A DNA stretch of 64,000 nucleotides from Epithemia pelagica. Lineage: Eukaryota > Protista > Bacillariophyta. Positions 11,624-25,800 of this stretch are shown here, piece by piece (the stretch's first letter is position 1; each line of letters opens with the position of its first letter). The notes under the pieces are model-generated. The model searched no databases. It had not been told where the DNA came from and saw only the letters and a list, made by a program, of their open reading frames with translations. Position numbers and translations under genes: made by a program. The stretch spans positions 1,860,001-1,924,000 of the forward strand of contig OX337240.1 in NCBI GenBank assembly GCA_946965045.2, in the 5' to 3' direction.

Positions 11624-12423
11624 GCTGATCCAATGGCTGCTTTGTATTACTCGAGGCTTGCTGTAGGTGATGAAAAAGAATGATGCTTGGACCGAATGAT
11701 CACTTTGAGTTTTATGAGCCCAGTGACTTTGGACGCAAAGTTGCATGGGTTTGGCAGGTCACTTTGCAAACCCAACCCGTGTGTGTGTGTTAGTGCGAGA
11801 CACGTTTTGATGCATCTTTTCTTTTTGCTTCGTGTGGCGTTTCATGGTGGTCGGTTGGGTTTAGCATACTCTAAAGCCGAAACGATGGAGGATCAAAGAA
11901 ACGTATTGCCCTGATAGTGATGGAGGATGGATCGAAAACGGTGCGCTCGCCATTTGGTTCCCACGAAAATCTTGGTGTCGAGAAGTGGGAGGAAGATCCA
12001 AGACTCAAATCCAAAGTGGTACGTCGATCGACCATTCATTTTTTATTGATCTGGCGGATAGTTTAAAGGCAAAATCAACCATACCAACGCATAGTGATAA
12101 CTGTTGAAAAGACGAGTTTCCACCAGAGACGCAATCATGCCTTCGCTTTGCTTGCGGTGTCTTGTCTGTGATTTCGTGATCCAGGAACCAGGAAGACGCT
12201 GATTTTGCCATCCTGCATTGCGCTAGCCATCGTAATGCAAAAGAAGGACGCGCCAAGAGACGTCCGTTTCCATTAATGCCTTTTGCATTATGGAAACAGC
12301 CTCACTTGTACACATGCAAGGTCATACTCCAAGTTAGTTTTGAGCATGGCTCGCTTCTGGGGAATGTTGAGTCAGGGTCCATTCTATCGACGCGCAAAAG
12401 CGCGATTTTGGTGCTCATGCTCA

Positions 12424-12905
12424 GGCCAATCCTTTAGCTCGCAAAACCAAATCAAAATTTCGTGCACGTCAGCATTTTGCGTCACGTTGACGTCATATAT
12501 CCGGGTAAAAGAGCATTTCCGGATTTGTTCCAACCAATCCAGAACTCTGGATTTGTTCGAACAAATCCAGGAAATTCATTAGGGATAGTGTTTTACTAAT
12601 GCTAGTCTAGAGGCTGCCTACAGTTTCGAATATGTCAGGCGGGCGTTCGACATGGTGGGCGGGCGTGACACATGATAAACGGGCGTTCGACTTCAACGGT
12701 ATCCTTGCGCTTCCTTAGTACCCAAAAGTTTTAGTATTCAATTTTTCTAAGTGAAGGGTGGGGGAGGATGGGGGACAGGATTCGAAAAGGCGCGGTCTTT
12801 TGGATTTGTTTTGCGAATGCGTAAGGACGGCGTTAGGCACAATTTCCAAAACCAAATCCGGCCCGGCCCCGCACGGATTGGTTTTGTTGAGCTAAAGGAT
12901 TGGCC
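12424..12905. mobile_element. MITE, PIF/Harbinger (Tourist)-like, 482 bp
   Basis: Perfect 17-bp TIR GGCCAATCCTTTAGCTC / GAGCTAAAGGATTGGCC, extending imperfectly. 3-bp TSD TCA at 12421-12423 and 12906-12908. No coding capacity. Confidence 0.8.
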
Positions 12906-13093
12906 TCACCAAAACGCGATTCGGAAGCAAAAAATTGCTCACGGTGAGCGCTCACCAAGATCCACTAGGGTTAAGGTACTAAGGTCAGACAAGCTCTGTC
13001 CTTCGGTTCTTCTATCGTATCGTCTTCCCACATGCCTCCACAACAAGCACAGCGGCAAAGCAGCAAGGAAAGAAGTAGTGTTGTGACATGACG

Positions 13094-14045
13094 GATATGG
13101 CCTCAAAAGGAAATGTATAACGGAAGCGAGATCATGTCGTATCCTGATTATGCTGAAGAGGACCAAATGGGTTATGATGGTGATGCAAGCAATTTCGTTC
13201 TCATCAACGGACCCGAGATGCGACTTGGGTCGAAGGAGGACAACGGCGAAGAGATTGACATCCCCGCGGAATTTGCAGGGCTTGACTCGCGAATTGCAGC
13301 ATTGAGAAATGGCATCGATCTTTCCACTGTTGGATTCGCTACTGCTCCTCGTGATTGGGATAAGCGTCCCGAAGACATCCCAACGGATCATCCCCTTCGT
13401 GCAATCGCCAAAGTTCTTGACAATGCACCGCCACGCACAAGTATTTGCATCAAGGCGCATCGGCTGACAGACTTTTTTGCTATTGATTTGATCCTCCACT
13501 ACGGACCAACGCATAACGTGAAAATCATCCTTGATTTTGTAAGCCCTCAAGAAATCTTTCACCATGACGAGATGATTGCGCAACAGAGGTACTGCCAGAA
13601 AAACTCAATCAGCCAGATAAAGAAATTCCTGAAGCTTCATGAACATCGCAACAGTAGCCAGATCTTCAAGACTGTAGAGATACGAGTGGCCGATATGCTG
13701 CAGCCCGGGTGCTGCCCTTATGGTAAATCATCTATGCACGAGAAGATCATCCTGACAGATAACCACCTTGTCACAGGTAGCTACGATTTGACTGGCTATG
13801 CTCGATGCAAGAACTTTGAGTCCGTAAGAGTGTGCGTCCCGGTTCCAAAAGATGGTGAAACTTTCAACAAGCACTGGGATGACCTTGGTGAAGGCCGTGA
13901 TATAACTAAGTTCTACAAAGATTACTTCGACTTTCTCGACGAAACCCAAACACCGAAGAAGGCACGAAAGTGAATGGCAGCGATTAATGTGGCAATTACC
14001 AAAACTCGCATTAGTACGGCTATTATCCTGACGGTGTTGTCGGAT
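13094..14045. repeat. Segmental duplication block A, inverted copy of ~55165-56125
   Basis: Reverse-complement identity starts at GATATGGCCTCAAAAGG and ends at GTTGTCGGAT; the PLD proteins are near-identical. Confidence 0.9.
13113..13973 (+). CDS. Phospholipase D-superfamily single-HKD (Nuc/Zucchini-like) nuclease/phosphodiesterase, left copy
   Basis: HEKIILTD...GSYD...KNFES matches the HxK(x4)D...GSxN and NxE pattern, with the GSxN Asn replaced by Asp. Confidence 0.7.
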   Translation: MYNGSEIMSYPDYAEEDQMGYDGDASNFVLINGPEMRLGSKEDNGEEIDIPAEFAGLDSRIAALRNGIDLSTVGFATAPRDWDKRPEDIPTDHPLRAIAKVLDNAPPRTSICIKAHRLTDFFAIDLILHYGPTHNVKIILDFVSPQEIFHHDEMIAQQRYCQKNSISQIKKFLKLHEHRNSSQIFKTVEIRVADMLQPGCCPYGKSSMHEKIILTDNHLVTGSYDLTGYARCKNFESVRVCVPVPKDGETFNKHWDDLGEGRDITKFYKDYFDFLDETQTPKKARK

Positions 14046-14057
14046 ACTACTATTTTG

Positions 14058-14440
14058 CCACAACTCAACGAGGAAGTGACGAGCACAAAATGGTCCCTAG
14101 GTCGTGGGATGATCCAGACGACTTTTTACTATGGAACCTGGAGGGGTTTCAGCCTGGGAAGTACCGTTTGTACGCTGAGTTGGCATCAGAGAAGAATGTC
14201 GAAGCTTACATTGGCTTTAATATTTATCGAACATCCAAACCAAAGGATTACGAAAGTACTTTCAGGTGTGTCAACACCAAAGAACGCGCCTCCCCGTACT
14301 CAAAGTACAATCGACAATGTCGCTGGGTGGACCTGGCTGTCGACAAGCAGTCTTCAAGTGGATTCTTGTTCGTGATCCCAAAGGGAGATTGGGACTCTAC
14401 ACAGTTTGTGTCGCTGACGTTGGAATACATTGGAAAATAA
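14058..14440 (+). pseudogene. 5'-truncated last exon of the PB1/CBM-like gene
   Basis: LLWNLEGFQPGKYRLY...FLFVIPKGDWDSTQFVSLTLEYIGK matches 51945-52267 and 6100-6444. It begins at the A/B junction with no upstream exons. Confidence 0.75.
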
Positions 14441-14815
14441 GCGGCTCAAGAGTGAGGTAGCGAGGACCTTGTAAACAAAGCAACGAGTGTTCTCGTCGGA
14501 TAATGGAATGGTGGCAACCAGTAAGGTTGTTAAAATGTGTTAAGAACTGGGGTAGTCCATGTCGGAAAATGTGACAAATCAAACAAGAGCTTCTCCCCCG
14601 ACATTGCAACGTGTGTTGCATGTTCGAAATTGTGCATCCATGTCGTTTGAGCAAAATCGGTGATCTACGAACGACGTTCATTGCTTTATTCTCCCAGAAT
14701 GGAATCTGCTTCACCGTCGTCTTTGTCACGTTTATGCCTTGTCCACACTTTTTCGTCCGGAGCTTCTGCAACCTTTCCTCGTGTCGAATCCAAACATGTA
14801 TCCTCGTGTGCTTTT

Positions 14816-16324
14816 CTATATCCCTTGCACCTGTTGATGCAAATGGCGCATGTGCGAAGGTGAAATGCGATGACAAAAATGTGCCTTGGCGTCACAATAG
14901 GCATCACCGAGACCACTCGTCAAGATTCGTTTTGGCGTGTCTGTTCTGTTTTTCAACAAAAAATTGAAATCATTCGAGTTGCGGCATTGTCCCAAAAATG
15001 GCACCACATCTGGAGCATTCACGTACGTCAAGTACATGGAGTCATTGTATCCCTCCATTTGATGAAAGTGGTTTTTGTTGTCATTGTCCATTGTGGTTAC
15101 AAGTGGTGAGGCGGACGGATTGCGATGGATCCAATCACGAGCACTCCCCAAAGACATGTGATACTAATGGGCCAGATATCCCCAGACCCAATCGCTATGG
15201 AAACAAAAAGAACGTTCTCTCGTCCATTGTTCGACTTGTAAATATGGTGCGGCAACCGAGTATTCATACATGAGGTCCAACAAACTCATGCCAGGACGAA
15301 AAATGTCTCGTTCGCCAATACCATTTTGTTCCAGTCTCTGACACACCAAGGAGTCAGCTTGATGTTTTGCAGAATTGCCAAAGGAACAATGGATTGGGCG
15401 CAACAAATGGATCAAGGCCGCACGAGTCCAAAGGAGACCAAATCCACCAAACGGAATGGTAAACAAATCGAATTTGGGTTCAAACTGGATTGGACATGCT
15501 GCGATAGTTTGTCGTTGCAAGGAAGGATACAACTGTGACAACATGGTTTTCACACCATCCATGTTGATCCACGTGTCATCGTCGGCTACAATCAAGTAAT
15601 CTGGTAACGAGGACGTATTGAGTCGAAGTGGCGAATAAGCGTCTGCATGGATTTGTTGTTGTGTTTTCTTCAATGACCGCTCATCATTGTCGTCATAGTA
15701 GTACTTATGCACGGCGTTTCTTAAGGCTTGCAGGGGTCGTTTCTGGGCACACATCCAACCCATGGGATTGTTCAGTTTCCGCAACCGGGTGAGTCGGGAA
15801 AATTTTGCTCGACTGAGTTTCCGCAACACGGGATATCGATGGCTTGAGCGGCATTGTTCTGAAATCCGTTTGACTTGTTCAAATGTGAGTTGCTTGTGGC
15901 AATCTCGTTCGACATCATCCGCTTCCGTGGCTCGGTAAAAGTGTCTGGTCCCAGTACCAAAGGTCTCGAGCTGTGCGTCTTGCAAATCACCTAGTGTCTG
16001 ACTGCCAATGCTGACCATGTCGATGACAAGCGTGGAGGAAGACAAAGAGGAGGAGGAAGAAGAAGGAGAAGAATCTTCTGGAGGTGTGTTCGTTTGGATG
16101 CCGTTCGTTTTGCCATTCTTTTGGATGGTAGACTGACTTTGCTTCGAGACCTCCCAAAACTCTCCCCGAAAGTCTCGAAATTCTCTGAGTTTCGTTAGAG
16201 CAGACGAGAACACCATCCACTCGATCGCGCCCAGGATAAACACACCCAATCCTAAGAGCCACCAGAGGCGGAATCGATACATTTTGGTTGATGACCGATG
16301 ATAGGCGATTCCTTTGCGGACCAT
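14816..16324 (-). pseudogene. Fringe/GT31-like glycosyltransferase, left copy with a premature stop
   Basis: Near-identical to 50069-51571, but TAC>TAG at 15164-15166 (GYLAH* versus GYLVHYYH). The remaining 113 codons continue in frame to 14816. Confidence 0.8.
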
Positions 16325-19100
16325 TCTGATGAGAAAATAATAATATTATGTTCTTCTTGTGGAGTGAACATCGAACACCGAACACATGGTCAATTTGAGA
16401 GATATTCACTTTTCCCTTTTCCCCCAAGGTAATTATCGTCCCAAAGATGGGTGTGTAAGTTGGTTGGGAAATAACTCCAGGTATTGTGAGAAACGGGCTG
16501 GGCGTCCATCCGTCTCGGATTCGGAGAGCGCGGCGTGAAATGCGGTGACCCATGCGCGCAGAGCGCCATTATTTGTTGGGTTTTGCGGGGAACATCGAGA
16601 ACCTCTGTTCTGACCACAATGGGAACGAGGTCCAACCCTCTTGATCTACCAAACACCGAAGAGATATCGTTGGAGTCTATGTTTGAGTCTTTGTTAGCTA
16701 AAGATGTATTTGCGAAAGATTGAGATCAACTTTTGGACTCTTGGGTTGTGTGTGGCAAGAACACGTTCACCATGAGGTGCAGATGTGTTGAATAGTGTGA
16801 CGCCAAAGGTGCCTCACAAAATGACACTTGTGATGACAAGCCAAGGAGTGGAAAAGTCTCCCCTTTGCTCTGCACCTTGCCGCAAAACGACACGGAAGCG
16901 AGTGATAGAGAATATGATCGACAGCCGAGACGAGAACATGACACTTCTCATTTTATATATTTCCACATATGCTCGATGATGATGATGCGTGAGATGTGGT
17001 TTCAGACTGCAAAACCCGGGCCATAGGGTGGATTTGTTGTCTGCTCCAAATTAGATTAATCGGGACCAGCAGGAGCTGGTGATCAGATGCAGAACTACGA
17101 ATACTCTGGACTTGGCCAACGTTCGCAAGAATGAAAAACAGTGTTTCATTCTCATTGCGCTTCCAAAAGGTGATGTTTAAGACTGACCTTTTTGCTGATC
17201 TGAAACAGAAGATTTCCTATTGTATCCAAAAATGCAGCTGTTTGCTCTGCTGTCCCAACACTAGTCAAAACTTTAACCTTCATGATCGCAGTGCATTAAA
17301 GAACGACGGGGACACGGCAACTTATTGGTTCGAAGTTGTCTATTTGAACTCGGACGATTTCGAACAGATACAATCGTCGACTACAACATTCTTTCCCCCT
17401 TTTCGGTAGTATTCAATCAAGTCCGGGTTCTTCCACCATTCCCAACAGGTACCTGCCGTATCGCCAACCACTTGCCAAAACTAGGTCCAACAAGGCACCA
17501 GCAATACTTTCATTTCTATAACTTCGATCGTGACATGAACCTACAGAAAAACGACATTAAGTACTTCAATTTAATACAAACTCAGTTTATTCTAAATTGC
17601 TCTTGGCCGACAGCCAAGTGCTCAACATGTCTTGGTGCTTCGACCATACAGGTGGTTGCGAGCATTTGTCATGTACTAAACCTTAGTCGAAACGTGGAAT
17701 GCTTACAATATCCAATCATCGTCTTCCTCATCCTCCCCCATTTCACGGGTACCCATGGAACTCCAATCGTCGTTCTCCTTCTCGTCGTCATCATCCTCCG
17801 TTTCATCCAAAATCCGGAAACGCTCATTCCCCTCTTCACATGCCTTGTCTCCCAAACATTGCAGGTTGTCAATGGACACCTGAGCCGAGTTTGTGGAGCT
17901 GGGTTGTGTGGGAGGTGTTGCGTCGTTGTGACCATTTCTGAATTTGTCGCCAGTCCGAGTCCAACCATCGTCCACGGAGGAACCCGATGACCCGGCGCCG
18001 CCGCGAAAACCAAAGGAGTGGTCCTGCTTCGTCATTCCAAGTGGTCGTGGAAACTGAAGGGTTGGTGAGAAAAGACCAACGTTTGCCTTGCCCAATGACT
18101 GGTTATTTACGGCACCGCGATCGTCCATTGAGGCAGGCTTGTGAGCATTCTCAAAGCCACCGAGCAGCACAGAAGATGACATCGTTACGCCTTTTCTTGT
18201 ACAATGTTGTGAGCGTACTTCCTTCTTGACGCCATCATCCAGTTCAGGGAAGATGGGTAGATGGTGGACAATCTCCTCTGGAGCATTGCCATTTTGCCCC
18301 AGATTTTGTCCAGTTCCACTCCGTACAAGACCGAGTTGCTCCGTAGATGAAGTTGAATTGTCTGGTGACTTGGAGCGCTTGTTCATGAACGAAGGGAGAA
18401 TGTTACGAATATTCCGATCTTGCTTCGTAAAGCCCGGGGGAGGTGGCACGTTGGCACCCTTTTCAAATATTTCCAAAAGCAATGGGTCCGAAAGCAGTGG
18501 TTCCAAAACGGACTCTGATGGCCCTGAAACTTCTTTATCCTCTTTCCCGCTTGTCTCTCGCTGTCCAAAGGTCTTGTTGTTCCGCTGAAACTTTTTAGTC
18601 TCCATCCAGCAAAGACGGAGCATATTCAATCTTCCTATTGGTCTAGGCAAGACTGTATTTGGACTTGTCTGGAAGCGTTCTTCCTCATTTTCAAGAGTCT
18701 CTGATGCTTGGAAGGTTGAGCTTTTGAGATACAGGTCCAAGGTCGTATCAATACGGGTCATGGGAGAGCGCAACGCAAGCCTTCCGCCGGAGCGTATGAA
18801 AGGTTTAGGTGGGGCATCACTCAAAAACTGCCGCATCACCCAAAACACTTTGGACCAGTCCAAGATTGGACGTCCAGTTACTTCTGTAAGGGGAAGCATA
18901 GAACCCCTGGCGGCCACCAAGTCCACGTGATTCTTATCGGCATCACTTTTGTCACGTTTCTCCGACAACTCAAAAGACTGGATCGATTGGCATCGAAAGC
19001 CATAACGTGCCTCTTCTAGCAAAAGCGCATTTAGTCCATAGGATTTATTCATCCTCTTCATAAAGAAAGAGCTCAATTCATCCCGCTTCTTCTTGGGACG

Positions 19101-19816
19101 AGTTAGAAGGTGGGTAAAAAGCTAACTCTAGACGATGGAGTTAGATACAGTAGTTTCTCTAGGTCAACCTATATGCACAATAGACGATGGGGCCCTCACC
19201 TTCTATCAGCGTAATAGGTCGACTCCTCCGTTACAAAACAAGTTCGGTTATCAAACTGGATGTTTATAAAGAAGTGAGATTAAACTAAAGATTGTGTTTT
19301 TCATCTTGAGATGGTTTGGCTCCTCTCGGATCGTTCGGCCATCATCCCCCAAAATCTAGTCGTAGATGGGGAACGTATTCCTTACTTCAGTGGACAAGTA
19401 CTATGGAGCTACGATTAGGGACTAATAGAACTTGTTCTACTCCATAGAGGAATGTGTTCCATCTTGGGTTGGATCTCCTGTTGATGAAGATCAAGTTCTA
19501 TTCTCGAGGATCACGTTCTTTCCTCGATCCTCGATTTATGTAGCCCTTACTTCCGAGTGTAGCTCGTCCAGCGTACATCTCTTCCGAATAGTAGGGGGCA
19601 TAGTTATGCTTATCCACAAATTCCTGTTGCGGGTCCGTCTGTCCGTTCAACGGCCTACTTCTATTTAAGTACACGTAATGAATCTTGGATACACGTCAAG
19701 GTTTGTGTCGCATACAGCGGTTTGTAACAGATGTCTCAAACCTGGACGATAGACTAGGTGTGCTAGCTGGACTAGTTGATCGGATACAGACGTTGTAGAA
19801 TAGCTATGTCTTAACT
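19101..19816 (-). repeat. 3' LTR of copia A (716 bp)
   Basis: Runs AGTTAGAAGG...GTCTTAACT and is adjacent to the PPT (19817-19825, GAGAGGGAG on the minus strand). Confidence 0.95.
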
Positions 19817-19889
19817 CTCCCTCTCATGGAGTGATTTCTCAAATTGCGATATGCCCCGAGATGTCGGAGGGCAGAAAGAGAGAGAGGAG

Positions 19890-22800
19890 TTACCATCCTT
19901 GATTAAGTTTTCGGCAGCGTTCGAAGAGGTCACGTGCTTGACACTTTGTAAAGTAATCAGCTCGTTGTTCTTCTGTGCTCACCATGCTGACCTTAGTTCC
20001 TCCTGGGTGATCGCCAACATGTTCCCAAAAGAAATGAAGGTAGGTGTTGAAATGTTTTGTTCTAGGCGTCAACCTTTGCTTTGTTGCAAGATAGAAGGCA
20101 CCAGAATTATCTTCGAATACCTCTGAGTAGATTGTAGGCTTTTCGAATGGAAGGTCCAGATTAGTCAATAGTTCCTCTACTACGCGTCGGGTAGCTATGA
20201 CACTACGCATGGCTTGTGAGAGGGCATGGTACTCTGCTTGGAGAGTACTTAGGGCTACTGACGACTGAAGTTGGGAACGCCAAATTAAAGGGCACCCAGA
20301 AAGACTCAGAATATATCCTGTACGGGACTTGGCGCTTACAGGATTATCTTGTGGTTCTCGTCCGTGTAGACCGGCGAAATCGGCATCTACATAACAATCC
20401 AACTTAAAGTCTTTGGTAGGGGTGAAAATCGTTCCCTTGTCTTTAGTACGCACTAGGTAGCGGACTATAGTTTTGATTGCTGCTGCGTGAGACTTCTTTG
20501 GAGCTGTACTAAATCTTGCTACTTGACTAACTGCAAAGGCTATGTCGGGTCGCGTGTTAGTGGCCAGGTACAGTAGCATTCCGACAATGGACCTGTATTG
20601 CCATTTTTCTTGCATAGGTTCACCATCTGGATCACTTCCGAGTGCCAGTTGTGTGGCTGGTGTCCAGTTGGGCTTACAGTCTTGTAGTCCTGTAGCTTCG
20701 ATTATTTTGTTGATCAGGCCCTTTTGGGTCATTGTAATTGACTTGGTCTTTTCGTCATGCACAAAATTGATACCTAAGTAATCAGTGAAGTTTCCTTCTT
20801 TTTGCAAAGATAGTCCTTTCTCTTTCAGCCGTTCAATAAGGTCGTCTACAAGTTTCATTGTAGGGGCACATACACCACAGTCATCTACCCAGAGAAAGAT
20901 AATTATGTCTTTCTTGTACAGTAGACATTTATCATGCTTACTCATTTGGAAACCATCTTCCAATAAGGCCTTTACTAGGTGGTCGTACCAAAGTCTTGGT
21001 GCGGATGAGAGTCCGTATAGACTCTTAAGAAGCCTGAGGCACATAGTTCCAGGTGATGATGATCTGAAGCCTCTTGGAAGGTGAATCCAGACAGGTTCAT
21101 GAAGTGTTGCTTGCACGAATGCATTATTGAAATCGATGCAGGCAAGCTCCCAGCCTAGAACTAGACTAAGGACAAGCACTATTCGAATTGTGCTCCAATT
21201 GACAACAGGAGAGTAATTTTCTTCTTCGGTTTCCTGAAGGTCTCCTCGTACACAGTACCTAGCTTTGTATTTTCGTATCTCTCCATCTGGAGAGCGCTTT
21301 CTTTTAAAGACCCATGTTCCTGGTAGGATTCTTGTAGTTGCCTCGGATTTCGGCACTTCCGTCCATGTTCCTTTTTCTTCTAGTTCCCTAATCTCATTTT
21401 CGGCCGCTTCTTTCCATCTATCTATGTCGTTATCTCGCATTGCTTCGTCATAGCTCAATGTGTCCGGGTCGGAAATCGACGCTTTCATCATTGAAAGCAG
21501 ATCGTTAGGCTGATAGGACGGAGCTAGAGAGGCTAGGTTAGCATCCTGTACATAGCGTTGCGGTGGACGGATAGTTCGTCCGGAGCGTCGACTAGTTCTA
21601 AAAGAACTAGGTGGAGTCGGTTCCGGAGGAGGTTGTTCCCTCTTAGGAGTGGCAGATTTTAAGGGGGTCATAACAGGGGGTGAAGGAGGATCCTGCTCTG
21701 CGATTGGCGTTAAGACGGTGTTCTCCCTCTGAGGAAGGGGCGCTGCAACAGGGGTGTGTGGAACTCCCTCTGAGGGCAGTGTCGGTTCCGCTACGGGAGC
21801 AGAGTGAGAAGAAACAGGAGGCAAAGTGGGAGGAGTGGGAATGGGTAAAGGATTGTCGGGAATATGCCGATCCATGGATTGATGGATATGATCCAATCGA
21901 TTTTCATATTTGGATCGATGGACCTCATCAGTTGCAGTAGGCGATTCCATATTTTCTTCTGTTTCGTCTTCAGTATATTGATATCGAGATTCTCCGAATA
22001 ATTGGTCCCATTCAGTACTAGTGAAATCTGGAACATCCTCAACGGAAGTGGCTATTGTAGAAAACCAATCATCGAATACCACATGGAATTGCGGTGTGAT
22101 ATATCCTGTAGAAGGGTTTAAAACTAAAGGTACAGTTGTTGCGTGTCGATTACTCAAGCCCATTAGTATACACCGTGTGGAACGTGGCTTCCACCTAGGT
22201 AGCTTCTTTCCATCTGACATAGATTTGTCCAGTACGTAGACAGGGCAGCCCCACACGTGTAAGTCGTGGAACTTTCGCTGCTCCCATCTAGTGCGAGTGA
22301 ATAAATCATGTGGGCTTATTCCGGTGGCGGTGTTGGGGACATGGTTACATAAGAAGGTAGCATGGGACACAGCCATGGGCCATAGTGAGGGATCAGCCAT
22401 TTCTGGCCAATGTATAGCGGCGTGTAGCATCATGGTGCGCGCTATAGACATAATTGTTTGTATGGCCCGCTCGGCTATACCGGCGTGATGATGAGCCCCT
22501 ACTCCAGCAAAGCGGTATGTTTGAGCAAAAGTTTGTAGGGACACTGTATATTTGGCAGAGGTGAATGCCGATCCATTATCGGTGAGATACTGAGAGGGCA
22601 TAACTCCAACGTCTCTACAAAATAACTCGAAGGAATTTTTAACGTGTAGGGTTTCATGAGTATTTAAGTGGCTCTGAAAGCCAATCCAGGTGTAACCCGA
22701 AGCGTGGTCTACGAATATTGCTCCACCCATATACATATCCTTAGACGCGGATGAACCCTGAGTATTGAATCTTCTTCCCTTAGTAGAGCATACGAAATGA

Positions 22801-25800
22801 TCGACACTGACACATTGTCCAGGATATAAATTTTCTGCTTTTGTTATCCCCTTGCGATCCTTCACAATGGAACTTGTGGTTCCAGGTGACGGTCTTCGCT
22901 TTTGTTTGCCATATTGGCAGGCTGCACAAAGAGGTAAGTTCGTGAGAGTGGATGCTTTGATGTGGAGTCGACGCTTGTGTTCACTGGTTGCAAGCACTCC
23001 GGTTCTCATAACAAATTGAACTTTTCGAAACGACAGGTGGCCGAAGCGATTGTGCCAACGTACCAATTCTTGCTGCGCTTCGCTTAAATTCATGTTGTGC
23101 TGAGACGTTTCTGAAATGATGGAGCTGAGAGCGTGTGCGCTTTTCTTTACTTCTTTGTGGTCGTACCCATACGACATGGGCAGGTTGTTGGACGGATTGA
23201 TGAGAATTGTGATTTGCGTTCGTTTCTTGTCACCGGGCATTCCTGTAAGCACCATTGTCTTTCCATCTTGGATGATTTTCTCACCGTCGTATGTTTGGAG
23301 CAGACTTTGTGTTGACAGGAGTCTTGCGTTGGTCTTTGGCACAAGAAAGGCAGGGAGTTTGAGCTGTCTGAGCTTCCCTTCGGTGTCGAGCACAGACCAT
23401 AAGACAAAACCTCGGCCTGTTGCCTTCATCCTGTTGGCGATTCCTTTTACATTGAAGTTTGGCAAGGGCTGGATTGTTCCGATGAAGTCTTGAGTCTGGT
23501 TTGTGATCGAGATGCTTGCTCCGCTGTCCCAAATAATTGGATAGGATGCATTGTGTGGCATGGCGCTTCGTAAAGCGAGAGGATCCTGAAGGCAAGCTTG
23601 GAGTCCAGCTTGTGTAATTTGTTCCCATTGGTGGTGTGGTGTGCTCCCCAAGGTCCTGAAGACATCGCAGAGTGTGGGTCCCTCAAGGCACGCTGCAAGA
23701 GCGAACATTTCTCGTTCCTTTGCAGATCGTGTGTTCCTGAAGATGTCGACAGGATTTGTCGACGGGCGGTTATTAGAGTTCCTATTCCGATGATGGTTCA
23801 TCGGGTTCGATGGATGGTTGGCGCGATGGGGGTTCTGATAGCGGTCTATGGGTGTGGTACAGTATGCTTCTTGTGGGTTGCGTCGCTTCTTGGAATGGAT
23901 TCGTTGTTGACGAAGTCGTTGTTGCAAGGATGGACGGTTAACCCGTGTCAGTCGAGTCCGCATTCGTGCTCTCTTGGTGACTGGAGCAGGGTGAATTGGT
24001 CGGAAAACGGATTTGCGTTTGCGTTTGGGACCGGCTCGTCGAGGGGACAAAGGTTGGTGTTCTCCCTCTTTCGAGCAATTTGCCCTGCCAGAAAGCAACA
24101 ATTTACCAACAGACACAACAATCAAACGGAGGCAGTCGGAAAGGACACGGCCATTGAGGATGGATCCAACAATCTTGCACCAGAAGGTGTGGAAAAGAAG
24201 CGTGTTCCCGAACAAAGGTGGTGGAGCTTGGCAACGTGGGTGGAGATTGACTCGGAAATGGTTCACAGCGGATGGGCGCTGTGGCTGGGGTGAGAATAAA
24301 GAACGGATAGGGGCAGTGTGTGCCACACTAGGCGATTCCCAGGGTGCAACCATGAAGGCAGCCAACCAACAGCACAACCAGGTGAAGAAAGCCGGTTGGC
24401 ACGATGGGTGAATAAGAACACTCCAAACAAGGGCAGATCCGCCGTAGGTCAAGTCTCGGATTCCCAAGTACAGATGGGTCATTCCCGACCAAATAGACTT
24501 AAAACCTGAAATAGTTGCATTGTTGGCATGTTCCAGAGGGTGAGGAGCAGGTAGGATCCAAAGGATACTGGATAGGACCACAAGAAGGGTCGTGAAGCTA
24601 GCCGCAAACATGTGCCAAGGGAAAGGAGAAATTGTGGTTGTCTCGCCCTGCGTTTGTGCCGACCCGACAGGCGCAGTGTGGTTGCTTACACGTGTAGGGC
24701 CACGTGTATCTCCGGGCGTGGTGTCCGAGAAAGTACTATAAGGTGCATAGTTCATTTCGAACTGGTCGAAATCCGGAAAGTCTTTGCTAGGACTGTCACG
24801 AGGCGTCTGTGATTGTGATGGATAGACTGTACTGCTAGATCCATCAGAACGAACACGATCAGGGCAGACCGGCGTCGGGATGTCAGGAGCAAGGTCGCCG
24901 GCCGCTAAGTCCCAAGCAAATTCGTGAATGAGAGTCAAAGGTAGACTCCGATTGGAATAGGGTGATCCTTCAACCTGTTCACGTGCATTTGTATAAATCC
25001 ATAGTTCTTTAACAAGCTCGCCTTGGTTGTGTAGCTTGATTTCCAGCTCTCCACGTGTAGCTGGATCAGACTCACGGTTGAATGTAAGGCGTGTTGTCAC
25101 TAATTCCTCAGTCGCGTTGGTTAAGAGGACGTCCATTTTGTCTGGATCTTGGTCAAACCCGTGCTTCCCCAGTACATTATGGATCACGGTAATACTGTGG
25201 GGGACACACGTGAGGTATTGGATGATACTGTCACAGAGTGAGACAAAAGGGGACTCGTTGTTCTCGTCGATCTCATCTTCACTTTCCAAATTTTCGTTTG
25301 CATCAGTCATCTCTTCGTCGTCGGAGCTCGAGTCCGAGTCAGCAATCTCAATGAGTGCCATCTTGGCATAGTATTGCGCAAAGGGATTGATGCGTGGGTA
25401 AGTGATATCTGTTTCGTTTGTTGTGTGAGAAGCGTCAGTGGGAACGTATTGTTCTCCAAGATTGCTTGTGTCGACGAACGACGTCGAGGAGAAAGATCGT
25501 TCTCCATCAGCTGTGTCAGCCATGTCTTCTGCTTGCTGTTCCAAAGTCTCACATGCCTTGCTTCTTGAACTGAGATTTACAGAGGGCGGATCTGAGATAT
25601 TGACTGGTGACGGCGTTGCGTTGCTTTGATTGAGAAGGGCAACAAATTGTGCATGGTATCCTCGTTCAATTGGTCGATGTTCCATAATACGAGCCCGAAG
25701 AAGGCAAGGTGGCGGATCGGATTGAATCTCGAGTCCAGGCCAGACAGGAGCTGGATTTGGGTGGTGTGGGATCCTCGTACCATCCAAATACCATCCAAGG

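Noticed and set aside
12944-12955. GTGAGCGCTCAC, identical to the symmetric lac operator core
   Set aside because: The AATT flanks do not match and there is no vector sequence nearby; a chance 12-bp palindrome rather than contamination.
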